From contig CAXXQS010000001.1 in assembly GCA_963674735.2 (NCBI GenBank), positions 1,792,001 through 1,856,000 of the forward strand: DNA of 64,000 bases, in the 5' to 3' direction. Under the pieces are notes generated by a model. It was not told the origin of the DNA and did no database searches. It was given only the letters and a program-made list of their open reading frames with translations. The stretch comes from Myxococcota bacterium. GTDB taxonomy: Bacteria > Myxococcota_A > SURF-8. Shown piece after piece: positions 10,685 through 19,622 of this stretch; the first letter of the stretch is position 1; each line of letters begins with the position of its first letter. A program made the translations under genes and the position numbers.

Positions 10685-11461
10685 ATGAACTTCCATACTC
10701 GCTTCGGATTGGTTTTCTGCCTGATTCTCATTCCCGGCCTGTTATTTGCGCAAGACGCAGCCAAAAAACAAACAACTCCGGCAAAACTTACCGCACAAGA
10801 AATTGCGGAAAAAATGGACGACACCATCAGTGGTTATGACGACCAATCGATGGATGTGTCGTGGGACATCGTTGACGTAGACGGCTCAGTCAAAAAATAC
10901 GGGCTCTCCGTTATCCAGAAAGGATCGAAAAAACGCCTGATTCGCTTCACGTCCGGTGAAGTGAAGAATATGTCGATTCTCATCGATGACCGGAAAATGT
11001 ATGTGTATTTGCCCGGATATCGCAAGGTACGCCGTGTAGCCGCTCATAACATGAACCAACGATTTGCCGGTTCCGATTTCACCAACGATGACATGGCAGC
11101 GGTACGCTGGTCCGACGATTGGGATTTCAGCATCACCAAAGAGGACGATGCCAATTGGATTATGCGCGGGGATGCCAAACCGGGAAAGGACCTGAATTAT
11201 CACCATATTTACATTACAGTCGGCAAAGCGGAAAACCGACTGCAGTTGGCTGAATACTACAATAAAAAAGATGAGATGGTGAAACGCTACGAGTTACGCG
11301 ATGTAAAAACCTTCCCGGGTGGAGCCAGAGGCGCTTCTTTAGTACAGATGAGCGATCCCCGCACTGGCCATAAAACAATCTTGTATGTTCACTCCATGGA
11401 AGCCAACCAAGGACTCGAAGATAAAAAATTCACCGTTCGCAACCTGCAATGGGGCCGCTAA
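10685..11461 (+). CDS. Outer-membrane lipoprotein-sorting (LolA-like) periplasmic protein, paralog 1
   Basis: Signal peptide; YLPGYRKVRRV..FAGSDFTNDDM motif typical of the LolA-like family. Confidence 0.8.
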   Translation: MNFHTRFGLVFCLILIPGLLFAQDAAKKQTTPAKLTAQEIAEKMDDTISGYDDQSMDVSWDIVDVDGSVKKYGLSVIQKGSKKRLIRFTSGEVKNMSILIDDRKMYVYLPGYRKVRRVAAHNMNQRFAGSDFTNDDMAAVRWSDDWDFSITKEDDANWIMRGDAKPGKDLNYHHIYITVGKAENRLQLAEYYNKKDEMVKRYELRDVKTFPGGARGASLVQMSDPRTGHKTILYVHSMEANQGLEDKKFTVRNLQWGR

Positions 11462-11537
11462 GCAATTGCTTTAATTTATCATTCACTTTCCAAGGGGAAA
11501 GTTTCGGTATTGAGTGGATTTCTTTGGTAGATTTCAC

Positions 11538-11596
11538 TTGACAAAACCTTTTGCATAACTAGAATGGCGTGTCAGCTACTGACTGACACGTCGGTC
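11538..11596 (+). promoter_or_regulatory. Sigma-70 promoter plus candidate TetR operator
   Basis: TTGACA-16 nt-TAGAAT (11538-11565), then CGTGTCAG..CTGACACG inverted repeat (11568-11590) overlapping imperfect palindrome GACTGACACGTCGGTC (11581-11596). Confidence 0.6.
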
Positions 11597-11612
11597 TAGC
11601 CGAGGAGAGGAC

Positions 11613-12272
11613 ATGGAACCGACCGAACGGCGACATAGCATCTTGATGGCGGCCAAACGCGTTTTCGCACGCCAAGGGTACCATGCAGCCGGAGTGGCCG
11701 ACATTATCGCGGAGGCCGGTATCGCTCGCGGCACCTTTTACCTGTACTTTAAAAGCAAGCGCGAAATCTTTTCGTCTCTTTTAGAGCACATTTTTAAAGC
11801 GGTCGGAGAGCAACTGCGCGATTTTCCGAAAAATGAGCCGCATCAGATTTTACAGACGATCCTGAGCAATGTCGAACGCATCAAAGACTTTTTCTTCCAG
11901 GACCCCGACCTGGCCAAGATTCTCATTAGGGAATCGACCGCTCTTGATGCCGACTCTTCGGAACGTTTGCAGGAAATCCGTCGAGTTCTAGCCATTCGTC
12001 TTACGGAACTTGTCCATCACTGGCAGAAAATCGGAATCCTCAGGCCGCTCGATCCGCAAGTGATCGCCTACGGAATCATCGGAGCCGTCAAGGAACTCAT
12101 CGAGCAATCGTTGATTTCCGGAAATTTGTCGACCGATGGCGGCCGGATCACGGAAGAAATTTTCGAGGTTTTCCTCTTCGGTATCGTATCGCCCGAACAC
12201 AACCAATTGGCGGTTGAGCATATTGAAGAAATCGGCGGTTTGAACCCCGGAACCAATAAAGACCTTACATAG
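11613..12272 (+). CDS. TetR/AcrR family transcriptional regulator
   Basis: HTH motif FARQGYHAAGVADIIAEAGIARGTFYLYFKSK. Confidence 0.93.
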   Translation: MEPTERRHSILMAAKRVFARQGYHAAGVADIIAEAGIARGTFYLYFKSKREIFSSLLEHIFKAVGEQLRDFPKNEPHQILQTILSNVERIKDFFFQDPDLAKILIRESTALDADSSERLQEIRRVLAIRLTELVHHWQKIGILRPLDPQVIAYGIIGAVKELIEQSLISGNLSTDGGRITEEIFEVFLFGIVSPEHNQLAVEHIEEIGGLNPGTNKDLT

Positions 12273-12337
12273 CGGCGTCCAGACAGCCATCGGAACCGGA
12301 CGTCGCGGAATTCAACTCGATACTGAAGGAGTCATCG

Positions 12338-13105
12338 ATGTTTTATCCTCACGCGGTCGCCCGGCGCAGACTGATTCCAGCCATCATCTTTATCGCCCTG
12401 TTTACGGCCTTATCGGCTCAGGCAGCCAACACACCGGACGTAGTCGAAATCCTGCAAAAAATGGATGCCACCATTAGCGGATATGACGACCAAACCATGG
12501 ATGTTGAATTCAAAATCATCGGCACAGACAAATCAGAAAAAAAATACCAGCTTACGGTGCATCAACTCGGCACGCAAAAAAGACTGATCAAAATCGGATC
12601 GGGCGAATTGAAAGGCTTGCGTACCCTCATCGAAAGCCGCGACAGGATGTATGTCTTTCTGCCGGGTTTTCGCAAAGTCCGCCGCGTTGCCGCCCACAAC
12701 ATGAACCAGACTTTCGCCGGCTCGGATTTCACCAACGATGACATGGCCGCCACCAAATATGCGGATGACTACGAAGCATCAATCGACTCGGAAACCAAAA
12801 CCCAATGGCGATTACGCTGCAAGCCTAAAAGCGAAAGTAATTATTCTTACCTGATCATAACCGTAGAGAAAGACACCTTTAGCCAATCGGGCATCGAATA
12901 TTACGATAAAAGCGGCACCTTAGTTAAAGTATTCAAGGCCTGGAACTACACCACATTTGAAAAAGGTGCAAAGCGGTTCGGGATGGTATCCATGTCGGAC
13001 CCGCGTACCGGGCATGAAACATTTATGGAAATCAAAGACTTCCGCGTAAATGAGGGACTAACCAAGTCCATGTTCACGACGCGACATCTGCAATGGGGGC
13101 GTTAA
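12338..13105 (+). CDS. Outer-membrane lipoprotein-sorting (LolA-like) periplasmic protein, paralog 2
   Basis: Signal peptide; FLPGFRKVRRVAAHNMNQTFAGSDFTNDDM; clear paralog of 10685-11461. Confidence 0.8.
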   Translation: MFYPHAVARRRLIPAIIFIALFTALSAQAANTPDVVEILQKMDATISGYDDQTMDVEFKIIGTDKSEKKYQLTVHQLGTQKRLIKIGSGELKGLRTLIESRDRMYVFLPGFRKVRRVAAHNMNQTFAGSDFTNDDMAATKYADDYEASIDSETKTQWRLRCKPKSESNYSYLIITVEKDTFSQSGIEYYDKSGTLVKVFKAWNYTTFEKGAKRFGMVSMSDPRTGHETFMEIKDFRVNEGLTKSMFTTRHLQWGR

Positions 13106-13108
13106 ACT

Positions 13109-14653
13109 ATGTTTTCGATTTGTAGAGTTAACTTTCGAGTTAAGACGGTTGTGGGATTAGGCCTATTTCTGGTCGTCTGGCTTCTCTCATACTCTTCGGC
13201 ATCCGCCGAGAACTGGACAGACAAGGTTGAGTTCTCCGGCTTCGTTCAAAGCGATATCCGGTACAACATCGATGATTATCGCGGCGCAGACCATGAAGAA
13301 GATTACGCCTTCCAGATGAACCGCAACGATGTCCGCTTCAAACTCGACATTTTCCCGACCGACAAGGTGATGACCGTCATCGATACGCGGTTGCGCTTTT
13401 ACGGCTTCAACGAAGCCGACGAATTGTCGCAGTATTCCCGCCGCAATCAGGTCGATCCCTGGAGCCTTCACCTGGACGAAGCCTACCTGATGGTGAAAGG
13501 TTTCTTATGGGAAAACATGGACCTGAAAATCGGGCGCATGATCCAGAACTGGGGAACGGTGGATCAATTCAACCCCACCAACAACCTCAACGCCATGGAT
13601 CTTTCCGATCCGCTCGATTATTCGGCCAAAGTTCCGAATGAAATGCTCGAAATCGACCTTTACCCGGCCGATTGGATCTCGCTGCATTTTATCTGGATTC
13701 CCTTCTTCAAACCAGCCATGCTTCCTCCCTCGGCTCCCTTGGCTTTCGCTGTGGAATATGAGGATAACGGTTGTTTCAAAAGCGCCCCAACACCGCCGCT
13801 GAAATCAGATCAAGTTCAGCAACTCATTGACTTATTCGGCTCTCTCAACGCCTGTGATCTGAACTTCGAAACACCGATCGTCAATACCATTCGCCCCAAA
13901 ATGAACATTCAGAACAGTCAGGCAGCCGCCAAGGCGCAGTTCCGCGTCGGCGATCTCGATTTTTCACTGAGCTATTTCTACGGTCGTTTCCAATTCCCGA
14001 TCCCGGTTACGGCGGTTGCGGATGTCGACAGCGACCCGGACAATCCAAGCAAGTTGAACGTTCTTTATCAAGCGGAAGTCATGTACCCGAAAATGCATGT
14101 CGCCGGTTTCGACTTCAGCTACTCGGCCCCGTGGTTCTTCGACGTGGGCTTCTTTGGGGAGGTCGCGGCGATTTTCCCTGAAGAAATCGTTTTCGCCATG
14201 CGTGCATTCCAAAACGGCACGGAATTGACCGATCTGCGCCTTGCGAATACCGTGCTGAAAACCGATCCGTTCGTGAAGGCCTCGGGCGGTTTCGATTACG
14301 CCTTCACCCAGTGGCTGTATTTGAACGTCATCTATGTATACGGCTTCTTCGATGAATTCAACGAGGTATTCGGTCTTCACCACTATGTATCGACAGCCGT
14401 GGAAATGAAATTCTTCGAGAATGAATTTCAGATTCGCCTGGCCAACGTCATCAGCGCCAGCGATCGTTCCGATGCCCTGTTCCCGCAAATAACCTGGATC
14501 GTTTACCCATCCGTAGAGCTGATCGGCGGTGCGTTCTTCTATTTCGGGAGCACCAAGCTGTCGGACCCGAATGATTACGGCAGCAAAACTTACTTCGGGC
14601 AAAAAGCTTCGGGGCGTAACGTGGCCTTCTTGAAGGCCAAGGTCAGTTGGTAG
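13109..14653 (+). CDS. Outer-membrane beta-barrel protein (DUF1302-like)
   Basis: Signal peptide, LDEAYL..DLKIGR..WG..DQFNPT motif, amphipathic strands, C-terminal aromatic residue (VSW). Confidence 0.65.
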   Translation: MFSICRVNFRVKTVVGLGLFLVVWLLSYSSASAENWTDKVEFSGFVQSDIRYNIDDYRGADHEEDYAFQMNRNDVRFKLDIFPTDKVMTVIDTRLRFYGFNEADELSQYSRRNQVDPWSLHLDEAYLMVKGFLWENMDLKIGRMIQNWGTVDQFNPTNNLNAMDLSDPLDYSAKVPNEMLEIDLYPADWISLHFIWIPFFKPAMLPPSAPLAFAVEYEDNGCFKSAPTPPLKSDQVQQLIDLFGSLNACDLNFETPIVNTIRPKMNIQNSQAAAKAQFRVGDLDFSLSYFYGRFQFPIPVTAVADVDSDPDNPSKLNVLYQAEVMYPKMHVAGFDFSYSAPWFFDVGFFGEVAAIFPEEIVFAMRAFQNGTELTDLRLANTVLKTDPFVKASGGFDYAFTQWLYLNVIYVYGFFDEFNEVFGLHHYVSTAVEMKFFENEFQIRLANVISASDRSDALFPQITWIVYPSVELIGGAFFYFGSTKLSDPNDYGSKTYFGQKASGRNVAFLKAKVSW

Positions 14654-14662
14654 GAGAGAGTC

Positions 14663-15562
14663 ATGACAAATACATACACAATGATCAGTACGTTTCTCGT
14701 TTTATCTTTCCTGCTGGCGGTTCCGGGATGTGGCTGGAAAACGGACGGTGCCGAGCGCTTGTCCGACCGCTATGACACGGATGGCGATTTGGATGCAGAG
14801 GAGGAAATCGAAGCAATCGAGCTAGAAAAAGTCGAAGGCGAAGGCTTGGTCGGACGCTGGGCCGTGCGGATGGTTCTTCACGGCACGATGGCTCCTCTGG
14901 GCTCGCCCTGGGACATCACGTTGAACAACTTGTTTATCGCCGATATCTCGGAAGATGAGACCGAGATGACTTGGACTTTCTGCAACCAGGTCGTTAATAT
15001 CGACGCGGGCGATGGCGGAAGCGGAAGCACTCCTTTGGGCACTAATGAAATCCCCGTTGCCCTACGCGACGCGCTCGCAAATGCTCCTATCACCTTCATT
15101 CTGCCCGGTGACGGCACGATGCCGGATCAACAAATGGGCTGGACCTGGGGACTGAAAGATATGGATGACATCATCAACGATCCGCTCCCCAGCGACGATC
15201 CCAATGGGCCTAAAATATGGGACCAGGATGAGGACGGCCATACTGGAGCCACCGTTCATGTTTTGAATCCCGAAGGCGACCGCTACATGATCCGCCGGGC
15301 CGTGTGGGATATCGCAGAAGCCCAGCTAAGCGATGATGAAACCTGGATAACATCTACCGTCGTTTTCCAGATCGACGAACACGCCTTTGAGGGCACGACC
15401 TTCGGCCTCGACCAGGTGGCGCCGATTACCGCCACGGAAGTAACACATCCCATCCACTATTTGCGTGTACCGGGGGAAGAAGCAGGAGAAAATGCGTTCA
15501 CCTGCGAAACCTTGCGCAATGACTACCAAGGGCTCTTCCTGAACGCACCGGAAGTTGAATAG
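14663..15562 (+). CDS. Acidic lipoprotein of unknown function
   Basis: Lipobox-like VPGC after a hydrophobic stretch; DGD acidic linker; DQDEDGH Ca-binding-like loop. Confidence 0.65.
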   Translation: MTNTYTMISTFLVLSFLLAVPGCGWKTDGAERLSDRYDTDGDLDAEEEIEAIELEKVEGEGLVGRWAVRMVLHGTMAPLGSPWDITLNNLFIADISEDETEMTWTFCNQVVNIDAGDGGSGSTPLGTNEIPVALRDALANAPITFILPGDGTMPDQQMGWTWGLKDMDDIINDPLPSDDPNGPKIWDQDEDGHTGATVHVLNPEGDRYMIRRAVWDIAEAQLSDDETWITSTVVFQIDEHAFEGTTFGLDQVAPITATEVTHPIHYLRVPGEEAGENAFTCETLRNDYQGLFLNAPEVE

Positions 15563-15593
15563 CTGACCTTCAATTTGTTAGCGAGGAACGGTC

Positions 15594-18272
15594 GTGGCGA
15601 TTGCAGACAAACCGAATAAGGGACTGGCATCTTTGTGGCGGCGAATGGGAGAATGGTCAATTAAACGCAGGCTTTTGTGCCTAGCTCTCACGATCCTGAT
15701 CACGGTGTTCTCGATCTCCATTGCTCCCAGCATCCCATTTAGTACCGATCCGGCAGAATTCATGCCGCAGACCGACCCGGATGTCAAGTTCTGGCTCGAT
15801 TTGACCCGCCGATTCGGCGCTCTCGACGTTCTCATGGTCGGGTTGGAAGAACCGGATACCCCCCTGACTTCAGACAGCCTCATGACCGTGGCACGCATCA
15901 CTGACAAACTGAGTGAGCTTAAAGCCGAAGGTGTCTTGCTGGCTCGTAGCCTGACCAACGTTGAAACGCTCCAGGAGGACGAGTTCGGCACATTAAACGC
16001 CATGTTGCTGGTGTCGTCCATTCCACGCACCCCCGAAGCACGCAAGTGGCTTTCGGAACGTATTCTGGCCGACACCCAGGTTCCCGGCTCCCTGGTCAGC
16101 AGCGATCTGATGGGTTACGTGCTCATCATCAGGACTGATTCACGTAAAGACGGACCAACAGTTGCACGTATCGTGCAAAAGCTGGTTGAAGCCGAAAAGG
16201 GCGACATGAAAGCCTTTTATTTCGGCGCGCCCTTTATCGCCAATCTGATTTCCGACCACGTTTACAAGCAGTTACCTTGGCTGGCCCCCTTGTTCGCCTT
16301 GTGGGTTCTCCTCGTACTCTTGATCCGCCTTCGCCGCCCGCTGGTCGTGTTTACCGTCCTTTTAGGATCCGGCTTACCCCTGTTATGGTGGTTCGGCTTG
16401 TTGCGTATCTTCGCAATTCCACTTACCACCACATCCCTAAACGCGATCCTGATAACCCTGGCGGCAGGTTTGGCCCTCAACGCGCGTGCCGCCGAGCGGC
16501 ATCTATACACCTCGAAGTCTCCGGATTCTCCCCTGCCCTTTTCACATGTCGATCTGCGGTTGCTTCTTGGCGGCGCTTTGGCTTTTTTCGTCGTATCGAT
16601 TTTTACAACCGCTTACCTATCGGCCTTCATGTTGACAACAGCCGTGGGTTTCATCGCCATTGCCCTTTTTGCCTGGATCGGCTATTTACCCTTGCTCAGT
16701 TGGCTTCACCCATCGGAGGAAGCCGCCAAGCTCGTCAAACCGTTCTCTCGCAAAACAGCTCGTTACCTGCGTATTTCAGCCATTGTTCTGCTACTGATCA
16801 GTATACCGTTAACTGGCCATCTCCGATTTTTCCTGCAACCATCCGAACTGTTTTCGGAATCCGACGAAATCGGGCAAGGTGTCGAGTTTTTCAACCGACG
16901 CTTTGGAGGATCGGATTTCCTGCAAATCAGTGCACGGGGAGATTTCCGAAACCCGGCCCATGCGGCACGCCTGATGCGTTTGACCGACCAATTGGAGGGA
17001 AGTCCCCAATTTGTAGATATCCGCTCCATCACTCAAATTCTGGGTTTTCTCGGCAAACAGTTCAGTGGCCAGCATCGCATTCCGAACGACCCCGGCGCTC
17101 TTCAAAATTTATGGTTCTTCATCGATGGCAACCCTGATATTCGGCAACTGGTCTCCGAAGATCGCAAAGAAGCCATGATCGTTGCGCGCGTCCCGGGAAA
17201 ATCCGACCTGACCGCCGACGAATGGACCGCCGCCGCCCGCAAAGCGGTTGAAGACTCGAAACAAATGAACGCGGAAGCCACTCGCCAACGTCTCGAAGCT
17301 CTTTTACATCGTTACAAGCTAAAATTCGACACATCGGAATTTGAGGCAGCATTAGCCAAAGCGACGGCATTACAGCGAAAAGACCTTCCACCCGATTTTG
17401 TAAACACCGCACACACTAAACTTCACGATTTCATGAATTCGCCTGAATCCCCCTTTGTCCCCAGCGACGAAGAGTGGGCTCAAATTCAAAATAAACTGAC
17501 AATCGACGGACAGCAAGCCCACGACTCATTGGGTAAACTGATTCGCTCTTTGCCATCCTTCAAGGAACTTGAATATCCCGATTCTTTATCAGACCAGTTA
17601 GCAGACACCTTGCTGGTCCGTTTTGCAGACATACAAATATCCCTTTTATGCGATAAAATGGTCACCGAGCTTTCAAACAGCATACATACGGAGACCATCC
17701 CCGGCGCTTTCCTGTCACGTGCCAAGGGTGTATTCATCGATCAGGTACAGCCGCAAGCCAACAACGGCAGCGAAGTCGCTTTCACCGTCAGTGGATACCC
17801 GGCGGTGGCTCCCATCGCCGAGAAACAACTGCTGGGCAGTCTTTTCAAAGGGATGCTCGGTATCGTCTTTTTGTGGGCGCTCTTCGTCTGGCGACGCGAC
17901 CGTTCCTGGGCTCTAAATACCCGACGGCTTTGTGAAGCGCTTCTAGCCGCCGGTCTGACCCTCGCTTTCGGGGTTCTTTTCGCCATACACGTCGATTCCG
18001 GCTCGGCCACCCTGTATTTTGTCGCACCCACTTTGGCTATAATTCTATCCCCGACCAGCCGAGCCGGTGCTCTTGGGACACCGATTCCCAATACCCGCTT
18101 CGCACCCACTTTCTCTGTCGCGCTAGCCATCGGCTGCCTGACTCTCCTGCTGGTCGGCATTCCTCCGGTCATGCGGGGAGGAGCGGTTATCGCCAACGGT
18201 CTGATTACGGCGGCACTGATCGCCTACCTTGCAGCGAAAACACCCAGTGATTCCGGAGACAATGTGGCATAA
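15594..18272 (+). CDS. MMPL/RND family membrane protein (divergent)
   Basis: TM-periplasmic loop-5TM twice; RRFGALD, FFNRRFGGSD and FTVSGYP features of MMPL repeats. Confidence 0.75.
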   Translation: MAIADKPNKGLASLWRRMGEWSIKRRLLCLALTILITVFSISIAPSIPFSTDPAEFMPQTDPDVKFWLDLTRRFGALDVLMVGLEEPDTPLTSDSLMTVARITDKLSELKAEGVLLARSLTNVETLQEDEFGTLNAMLLVSSIPRTPEARKWLSERILADTQVPGSLVSSDLMGYVLIIRTDSRKDGPTVARIVQKLVEAEKGDMKAFYFGAPFIANLISDHVYKQLPWLAPLFALWVLLVLLIRLRRPLVVFTVLLGSGLPLLWWFGLLRIFAIPLTTTSLNAILITLAAGLALNARAAERHLYTSKSPDSPLPFSHVDLRLLLGGALAFFVVSIFTTAYLSAFMLTTAVGFIAIALFAWIGYLPLLSWLHPSEEAAKLVKPFSRKTARYLRISAIVLLLISIPLTGHLRFFLQPSELFSESDEIGQGVEFFNRRFGGSDFLQISARGDFRNPAHAARLMRLTDQLEGSPQFVDIRSITQILGFLGKQFSGQHRIPNDPGALQNLWFFIDGNPDIRQLVSEDRKEAMIVARVPGKSDLTADEWTAAARKAVEDSKQMNAEATRQRLEALLHRYKLKFDTSEFEAALAKATALQRKDLPPDFVNTAHTKLHDFMNSPESPFVPSDEEWAQIQNKLTIDGQQAHDSLGKLIRSLPSFKELEYPDSLSDQLADTLLVRFADIQISLLCDKMVTELSNSIHTETIPGAFLSRAKGVFIDQVQPQANNGSEVAFTVSGYPAVAPIAEKQLLGSLFKGMLGIVFLWALFVWRRDRSWALNTRRLCEALLAAGLTLAFGVLFAIHVDSGSATLYFVAPTLAIILSPTSRAGALGTPIPNTRFAPTFSVALAIGCLTLLLVGIPPVMRGGAVIANGLITAALIAYLAAKTPSDSGDNVA

Positions 18273-18390
18273 TCGCCGAGCAAAACAAAAGCCCTTCGCT
18301 TCTGTTACTTGCAAATCCACTGGTTTCGTTCTAACCTTGATTTACAAGGACATTTTGGACGATTGGGACTTGAAAAGAGTTTCTTTTCGC

Positions 18391-18419
18391 TTGAACGGTC
18401 TGCCCTTTTAAGATACACT
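18391..18419 (+). promoter_or_regulatory. Putative sigma-70 promoter
   Basis: TTGAAC-17 nt-TACACT. Confidence 0.45.
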
Positions 18420-18482
18420 GAAACCTGGATCGTCACAGACGACCCCGTCTCGTGTTGAAGGCCGAAAGTCGAGGATAGAAGG

Positions 18483-19523
18483 ATGGGCGGTATCTTCAAC
18501 CATAAAGCGGGGGAGGATAACCACACCGCAGTACCCCTCGCGGTAATGCCCGGGGCTTTAGCAACCAGCTCTTCAAGCTTACTGAACCTTTACCAATCCC
18601 ACAGTTTGAGAGAATTGCAGCAAGAGGTTATGAGACGACAGGGTTCGCCTTATACCGGTAAAATCGACACCTGTGCCAGCGTGAACATATCCAACCACTG
18701 TCGTTTTGCCTGCGCCCACTGTGACTGGCAGGGAGGACCGGGAGCAAAGCGTCTATATCGAATGAAACTCGATGAAATCGTAGCGCTTGTGCAAAAGCTG
18801 GACCATCAGGGAATGGGTCACCTCATTCTTCAAAGCGGCTACGACGTGGCCTACTCCCCGACCATGATCGCCTCATTGATCGAACGGATAAGAGCAACAA
18901 CTTCTTTACATATCACACTGGCCATGGGTGACCGCCCAATCGAATCCCTTAAACTCTGGAAAGATGCGGGAGCCGATAGTTACTTATTCCGTTTCGATCC
19001 TCCAGGCTATAATTTATACAGTCAAATCGCATCACATGGAGAAGCCCATCACCGGCAAAACACCCCCAGCCTCTTATATGACCTTGGTTATGGCATCATT
19101 GGCGGAATGGTGGTTGGTTTACCCGGAGTTTCCATCGATCGATTATTCGAAAACTTCGCCCTCGCTCTCAAAAATGAGTTGGATGGCTTTGTCTTCGCTC
19201 TTTTCCAACCCAACGCCATCAGCAATCCCAGCCTCAACATGAATGATAACGTGGAAACCGCTCTCAAGCTGGTCTCACTCACCCGCCTGATCGACTCAAA
19301 CCTGGCAATTTCGGTTCCAACTCCTTTGTCAGAAACGTTCCGTGGATTCGAAGCAAGTATCCGAAGTGGATCCAGTCTTCTGTTGCTTGATGCAACTCCA
19401 TCCGGATATCAACGCTACACACGAAATACCTCATTACATCGACGTAGCCGCCTGTTCCGTGCCGTCGTAGAAAACGCAACCAAACTCGCGCAACGCACCG
19501 GTTACGAATTGCGTCTACGTTAA
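18483..19523 (+). CDS. Radical SAM protein, HydE/BioB/PylB-like (divergent)
   Basis: ISNHCRFACAHC cluster motif; LILQSG, ITLAMGDR, WKDAGADSYLFR and GMVVGLPG match the HydE-like fold; start uncertain (18483 or 18546). Confidence 0.7.
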   Translation: MGGIFNHKAGEDNHTAVPLAVMPGALATSSSSLLNLYQSHSLRELQQEVMRRQGSPYTGKIDTCASVNISNHCRFACAHCDWQGGPGAKRLYRMKLDEIVALVQKLDHQGMGHLILQSGYDVAYSPTMIASLIERIRATTSLHITLAMGDRPIESLKLWKDAGADSYLFRFDPPGYNLYSQIASHGEAHHRQNTPSLLYDLGYGIIGGMVVGLPGVSIDRLFENFALALKNELDGFVFALFQPNAISNPSLNMNDNVETALKLVSLTRLIDSNLAISVPTPLSETFRGFEASIRSGSSLLLLDATPSGYQRYTRNTSLHRRSRLFRAVVENATKLAQRTGYELRLR

Positions 19524-19622
19524 AAGCAAGCTTGCCCCACACAATATTGCATGTTGCAAAAACAAACGTACGGATACATAATACCCGTCAATGCTTCCTT
19601 CCCGGATTATCGAGGTTTTGTC

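Noticed and set aside
16277-17137. 286-aa alternative-frame ORF inside the MMPL gene
   Set aside because: Arg/Pro/Ser-rich off-frame composition; the main frame is uninterrupted.
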